Shown: positions 52,933 through 60,000 of the stretch, piece by piece | Position numbering within the stretch: position 1 is the stretch's first letter | Layout: each line of letters opens with the position of its first letter | DNA from: Botryllus schlosseri | Lineage: Eukaryota | Direction: 5' to 3' | Assembly (NCBI GenBank): GCA_051294905.1 | Contig: CM119371.1 | Span: 1,800,001 to 1,860,000 of the forward strand | Length of the DNA: 60,000 nucleotides | Position numbers and translations under genes: made by a program | The notes under the pieces: generated by a model | The model's input: the letters and a program-made list of their open reading frames with translations, nothing else | Told to the model about the DNA's origin: nothing | Database searches by the model: none

Positions 52933-53127
52933 TAAAATCGTAAGCACCCGGAACCGTGTTCTTGCATTGACACGAATTCATGAGCTAATTTCATCTTTTT
53001 AATCGTAGAGCGATAATTGACAGTTTCCTGTTGTGAGCATGCAAATCAGAATTACTCCATGGACATCATAGTGAGTCCTATATTACAAGTGAGATAAAAC
53101 AGCGCAGTCAAAAACGCTGTTATAATT

Positions 53128-53622
53128 CGGGCTGGCCACAATGATTCGAGTGCTCAAATGTGAATCGAATATCAATTTTAATGATTCAGGCCGAGTAGTA
53201 CAAGTCGATTTTCTCAAGTACCGAAATTGTGCAAAAATTGACAAAAATTGTATTTTTGACAATATTTTTCACTTTTGAAGCGTTGAAATCACGATTGGTC
53301 GCATAGCAGCATATCAAACATGTCGTACAAAGCTACGAACGTTACTTGAATGACATATTTTCAAAGTCATGATAATCCCACAAAATTGCCACTAACTGCA
53401 ATGAAATTGGTATGTTCGAAAAAATACCGGAGTAGCTTTATTGTGATGCATAACAACAGGCAATATATTATTTACGGTAATATAAAAGGTACATATTTGA
53501 ACTTTGACATATTATATTCTGTTATGACGTCATAATGAGTGATACTCGAATAGTTGACTCGACTCTAAGATTATATGTGATTTAGAATCGAATCACTTTT
53601 ATACTCGATTTTTCCCAGCCCT
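53128..53622. mobile_element. MITE with (T)AGGGCTGG termini and GATTCGAGT motifs
   Basis: CGGGCTGGCCACAATGATTCGAG...CCCAGCCCTA; a paralog begins at about 59831. Confidence 0.6.
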
Positions 53623-55142
53623 AGTTATAATCAGTGAACAATTTCGCTATGCAATGTCCAAATCATTGTGTTGGCCTGAAAATGAGATGCGCACTTTGTT
53701 GATTAGAGGTAGTAATATTATGTTGCGCACTAATTCATGTCGACATGCACACTTTTGAATTTTGACGATGCTGACAATGTTTCTTTTTATTTACGCAGTG
53801 TATTTTGTAGGGGCACGCGCCGTTTTTAATAATTTAATAATTTTTTAAAATATTGATGAACAATTCAATCATTGCCGGACTGGCTGGTATCGATCACACC
53901 AATATCAAATTTCATTACATTGCATTCATTTCATTCATTGTCAATGTGGTAGAAAGTTGATTTTTGTTGATGAGGTCGTGACATTAGCTCAGCGCTCTTA
54001 TTGCTGCCACTATTTGCATCAGTCCCCATTTCACCAAATTCGATTACATAGCTCGATATTAACGACACAGTGCGGATATTAAAACATCATATCAGTGAGT
54101 AAGTACTCTAGGGCTTCGGGAGGAAAGCAGAGTAGGACTGTTAAAAACAATTCTTCAGAATTCACTGGCTATGTGATAAAATTGTTAGGTTGGTTGAAAC
54201 AACGCTGTAAACCAAATTTGGCTTCAAGTCCAACCAGTAGAAGCAAGATTCTTGCTGCAAAAAGTTTTGAATTTATCATTAAAAAAAAATCAAAGTTTTT
54301 CTTTCAACCCCATAAATTTGTTAGGCAATCAGTATTGATGATGCATACCATATTTGGCTCAATTCCAACCGCTAGGAGCGAAGTTATTGCCGTGGTAAAA
54401 TTTCCAATTCCATGATTTTATAGGAAATAATTATAGCTTTCAATACAACATCCATTGTAATACAATATTTAAACTCATATACTTTCCGGCACACTAAAGG
54501 GATTTAAATGGATTTAGAAGCAAAACCAAATCTGTTCAACTTCCTTCAGTGTGCCGTTAACTCTTGAAAGAGGCAACAAAAAAAGTCTTCGAGTTTAATA
54601 AATATTCTACTACAATGGATTTTGTATTGAAAGGTATATTCAAGTTCTGTACCACGAATCAGCTATTTGAATTAATAAGTAAAGAGCTGGCCACCGTAAA
54701 ATTATTTTATTCGAATCCAAATTTTTTCTACCGTAATAACTTCGCTTCTAGTGGTTGGGGGAATTGAGCCACAGTTGGTGTGCATCGTCTCTACTGACAG
54801 CCCAACAATTTTACGTTATTGACAGAAAAATTTTAAAATTTAATTTTTTAATTATAAATCCAAAATTTTCTACTGCAAGAAAATCGCTTCTACTGGTTGT
54901 AATTGACCCGAAGTTGGCATGTACCGTTATGGTTGGTTGCCAACCTAACAATTTTATAACATAACCGAAGATATCTGAAGGTTTTTTTAACAGCCCTGAT
55001 GCAGAGAATGTATGTATAATGCTCTCTACCACGGCTATGGTGTCACCAATAACGTGCGGTTGTCACGTCACAAGTCTCCGCATACCCACATGAAATTATA
55101 GTGGCTTGTTAGTACACAACTAAATCATAGAATCGATCTCAC

Positions 55143-55247
55143 TTCCCAATCCAATTTTCCAGATAGCGATTCAATCCGACGATGTCCGAGAAGTGAATGT
55201 AGTGCTGTTACTGAGAACTTATTGAAACTCAAATCCACTTCCTTCAC
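55143..55247 (-). CDS. Exon C of the LRR-like gene (leucine-rich repeat)
   Basis: TTCCAG acceptor and GTGAGA donor; 35 open codons VKEVDLSFNKFSVTALHSLLGHRRIESLSGKLDWE, fitting LxxLxLxxNxL. Confidence 0.7.
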
Positions 55248-57961
55248 CTGGAATGATGAATGAAATATGAATACAATGTCTGCCAATATCATGTCAAACC
55301 AACAGAGCTTTGCACAGACTTAATCAGGGCATATTTAGGAAGCTGAGTATGTTCAACATCATTGAGATCCCCATATTAAAGGCAAACGACCCTAGGTTCA
55401 GAGCCACGGTCTTTTACTAATTCATTCAAACGGCTTCAATCAATTCTAGGAACACACCGTACTCTATAATTGAGATTACGATTTCATTTCAGTAAATGAT
55501 GGCTAATTTTATTCACTTTCGCTTTCATTTTTGCGAGCGAGGCGGTCACAGTAGGATCAACTGTAATTTGTAATTAAGCTGCATGTAATTAATTATATTT
55601 TTCATAATATTTTAATTGTAATTGAAGCATTTTTATTCTGTGTAACTGATACAAATTTGATAAAAATTTTACTAAATGCAATTTCAATTGCATTGTTATT
55701 GAAACCTGACAATCACAACATAAAATAATTAGTACATTAACATGGGTGTTCTATGCGTACCTCGTTAACTATTTCAGGCATACTAAACTGTTTCCCATAG
55801 GCCAACTACAGCTCCCACAGAAAACTTGGTGAATTACAATATAGGCTATCGAACAAAATCTTACTATTTCATAAATGGACGAAAAGGGAATAAACTCTTC
55901 TGTAACCTGTGCTGAATCATTGCCTACACCACAGTAAGTGTTTTTTGAAATATCTTTCCAGTACTGAGGCTTGCTACCGCAATTGCAAAAAGAAATTCAA
56001 GTTTTCAACCAAGACTTCATCACGCTAGATAACACATTTGTAGAGATGTTATCCCAATCTTACCTCCTATCTTAGCTTAATTTACTGGGGCCAGAACCTT
56101 TCCGCATCCTAATGTTCATCAAATGCAGTCGAACAGTTTTGAGCAAGTGAAAATGTAACTGCGAATGAAAATTTTGTAATTGGTAGTTATCAGGAGCTTC
56201 TTTACTTTTGCATTTATTTTAATTTTACACACCTTATCGGTATCATCCTTGTTGCCTTACAAATTTAATTTCATTCACCTTACTCAGCTCTGAGTATTCG
56301 TTTGAGTACATTTCCTTGACTGCCTTGTATCCTATTCGCTATTAGTCGTTGCCAGTCGCTCAAACTTTTGATTGTTAGTAGTCGCTTATAAAAATTTTGT
56401 AAACAACTTTAACAATTTTTATACCTGACGCTGTAATTTCAACAAAATATTGACCTTTTTTGCAATTTCAAAAAATTCTCCCTAATAGTCATAAAATATG
56501 TCGAATAGCCTTGAATAGTTGGTGCAGTAATTCGTTACTAACGATATCTATCAAAGAATTACTTCTACTTTTCCAGAGTACCCAAATAGGTTTTGCCTAC
56601 TTGCATTACTTATTCAAGTGGCTTTGATTTCAGACTACTCCCAATTTATCTGAACCAAATTATATACTTTTCAAGCATATGATTTTGAAAAGGTAAAAGT
56701 AGTTTTATGATACGCTTGTTTGACTTTGATGTGTGGAATCTTCATTATAAATCGCCACCAACGTAACTGTTGAATCGATTGTTCCTACTTCCGACTCTAC
56801 TAATCATTATGCGTTAGTTGCGAAGACGCCTCTTGCAATTTAAAAAGTAGCCACAACCAATAATCCGCCGAATATTTGCGGTCCCTCCACCGAAACTATT
56901 TTCGGGACTACTTACTTGAGTACTTTTCCGACCTGTCGTTTGCTAATTCCACTTGAAGTAGTTTTACAAGACTTGTAAGCAGTTGATTTTACTTGTGATT
57001 GCACATTAGGGGTGTTCATTCGTGCCGGTTACTTGATAAAACTGTTAGGTTACCTAATTAAAGGCTGCACACCAAATTTGGTTCAATTCCAACCAGTAGC
57101 CGCATATCTACAAGAGAAGAAAGTTTTGTATTTATTACAATAAAATATATTAAAAAAATTCAAAATTTTCTGTTCACCCCATCATATTGTTAGGTTTTGT
57201 ACAGAAACGTTGGCTCAACAAATTTGGCTCAATTCCAACAAGTGGAAGCGGAGTTATTGTAGTTGGAAAATTTGGATTTGAATAAAATAGTATTTACGGT
57301 GGCTAGGTTATCATTTTATTCATATCCAGCCAACCTTCATGGGATTTTGAAAAATAGAAAGTAGTTTTATGATAAGTTTGTATCGCTTTGATGTGTGAAA
57401 TCGTCATAGGAAATCGAAATCGCCATCAACGTAACTGTTGAATCTACTTTTCAAGATTGTTCCTACTAGTGACGCTACTAATAATTTTGCGTTAGTAGCA
57501 GACACGATTCTTGCTCTTTCGAAAAGTAGGCACAACCGATAAATTGCCAAATATTTGCGATGCATCGACTCGAAATAATTTTTGAAACTACTTACTCTTG
57601 ACTACTTCAGGCCTTCCATACTCTACTTTCACTTGAATGAGTTTTAACAAGTCTTTTAAAGAGCTAATTCTACTTGTAATTGGGTACAAATTTAAACCAA
57701 TATTTCGACTTCGACTCGATTAGCAAGGCTGACTACTTGGACCACATGTGCGTGCACTCGATCCTCGACTCGCAATATTGGAGACGTAAGTTCAGTAGAC
57801 ATCGAGAATAAAAGCTTTAAATTGAAACATGCGTCTTATTGCACTGCACATTCTCTCGTTACCGTACTAAAATATCAAATTCAATATCTCATACGCTTTT
57901 CATATTAAATGGTCCTATTAAAACTAAGGAATTAATAAAACACCATAACCACACTACTTAC

Positions 57962-58045
57962 TTTGATAGATTTTGCATCGAAAAGGTCGCTGACATAATT
58001 CACTGCTGCCACGGAAACGACCATTTCGAAAGATAGAGCGGAATC
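57962..58045 (-). CDS. Putative exon B of the LRR-like gene
   Basis: TTTTCACAG acceptor, DSALSFEMVVSVAAVNYVSDLFDAKSIK, GTAAGT donor; frame conserved with 51875-52030. Confidence 0.55.
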
Positions 58046-58820
58046 CTGTGAAAATCAAGTGTTGTTAGTTACGCCACAATCTGCCAACAACATGACCTAA
58101 GATATAGGCCTCCGTCCAACCATAAGAGATTAATGTCACTACTCATGACTACCGTGGACACGGCGATGAGATCGCGTTATCAGAAAATATCTTGCAAAAC
58201 GAGTCGACTGAATGTGCACACATGAACCATGCAAACGCAACATGAATTATATTTACCGAGACTTTTGTGGAGGAAATAACACCCTCCATATCTATTTTGC
58301 TCGAAGCATGACAAAATTCTGGTCCCTCCACAAAAACAAAGCCTGAAGTTCTTTATCTTGGTTTCTCTCTCGGTATATTATTGGAAGTTTGTTTCATTGT
58401 ATTGCAATCGCGTAGTTATTTGAATATAATTTTATTTATTTGAATTGAGACAAATTAACTATTCGATTCCATCTCGCACTCATCTCACTGGTAGGGCACG
58501 ATATTGATGGTGTCAAGTACCGCTTATACTGCCACAATAGTGTTTTATATAAATCAAAGCAAAACTGTTTCCAGAATATACCTTGAACGCCCCCACCCTC
58601 ACCACAGAATTTTTCAGTGAACAGTTCAGAATAATAAAAAATATTTGCTTTTCGGTTGAAAATTGCGAGAAAAAAAAAGCAATCCTTCGATTTTTAATGG
58701 ATGTAATATAAAATCCTGAATGTACTTGAAAATCAAAGTACAGTGCCGACAATTTTTTTTTATAAATTCAGTAGGCAAAAAACTCGTTACTTATAAAATC
58801 ATCACAAGTTGTTAGCTTAC

Positions 58821-59369
58821 TATTCTCAACAAAAGCATCTCGTCCTCATGACGCTCATAATGACGTCATAAGCTACATCCTGGCTATACTAGACCGTAAA
58901 GTCATCGCTTCATGTGCCAAGTGTTGTTTACAGCTCGATGCATAGTAAAGTCAGTAAAATGACTGTAATTTCAGTCCAATCCTTTGTATGGACTCGTTAT
59001 CGAAGTTGAATCAACTTCATATCCAACCTTGAAGTCAAAGTGACCTTCAATCCAAAGATCACCTATCGCGTCTTCAAAACGCTCATAATTACGTCATAAG
59101 CTACAGCTTGGCTATACTACACTGCGAGGTCATCGCTTCACGTGCCTAGCGTGGTTTACCGTTTCGTGCATAGTAAAGTCAGTGAAATTAGCGAAAGTTC
59201 AATATAATCAGTAGTATGGACTCGTTATCAAAGTTGAATCATCTTGATATCAAACCTTGACTTTAAAAAGACCGTCAACCAGTAACTTGTGAAAAAACGA
59301 TGTTATCTTGATGACACCTTCTTCGTTCTTCAATTCAACATCCCCTCCATCTACAGTCAGCTTGACAAC
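58821..59369 (-). pseudogene. Decayed exon A of the LRR-like gene, with an internal tandem duplication of about 230 bp
   Basis: VVKLTVDGGDVELKNEEGVIKI...; same splice sites as 52329-52628; duplicated units at about 58850-59055 and 59080-59282. Confidence 0.55.
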
Positions 59370-60000
59370 CTGAATATTGTTCACATGTGAGACTTGAGAT
59401 CATGCATTGTATCGCTATTCCACCAAATATCGTGACGTCATATCACACATAATATAGTGAGCACCGCAGCATCACAGATCATCATTGCTGTACGTCATCG
59501 ACACGGGTCACTGATTTCTACTGGCGTTTATTCTGGTGGTTGCATTTTGCGACATTTTCGAGCCTATATCATCGAAAACACTCGTTTATATGAGGTAAGA
59601 AGTATATTGGCGAAATCAGTTATTTTGGTCAATATAGTTGATCGTAAGCACCCGGAACCGTATTCCTGCATTGAAACGAATTCACGAGGGATTTTTATCT
59701 TCTTAATCGGAGCGCGAAATTGGACAGCTTGCTATTGTAAGCATGTAAATCAGAATCACTTCATGGACATCATAATGACTCCCATAAGACAAGGGAAACA
59801 AAACACCGGCGTCCAAAACGCTGTTATAATTAGGGCTGGGCACAATGATTCGAGTGTTCGAATCTGAATCGAGTATTAATTTTAATGATTCAAGTCGAGA
59901 AGTAAAAGATGATTTTTTGGAGTACCGAAATCATGCGTTCGTCGACACTGAAAGTTACTTATTCATGAGAATTGTAGTTTTGACAGCATTTTCCACTTTG

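Overview
AT-rich, intron-containing animal (invertebrate-like) genomic DNA; the species cannot be determined from the sequence. I found no intact single-exon gene, rRNA or CRISPR array, and most ORFs in the track are shadows of repeats. Four layers are visible. (1) About 7.3-30 kb, minus strand: tandemly duplicated, decayed exons of an RBM28/Nop4-like RNA-binding gene (5 copies of an RRM3 exon, 4 of the linker exon, 2 of the exon starting RRM4, 1 of the RRM4 exon). (2) 33902-40027: a young, apparently non-autonomous LTR retroelement with two identical 329-bp LTRs, a CTTC TSD, no recognisable pol, an orphan 182-aa ORF and a MITE inside. (3) About 46.9-59.4 kb, minus strand: a partly decayed LRR-like multi-exon gene that appears to be built from a duplicated three-exon block. 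(4) Many DNA transposons: a hAT/Charlie deletion derivative, a Kolobok relic, several hAT-type MITE families with 8-bp TSDs, and a foldback-like element enclosing a telomere-variant (CCCTAA) array, plus SINE-like copies and a LINE 3' fragment. All translations and comparisons were done by eye; no database searches were run.
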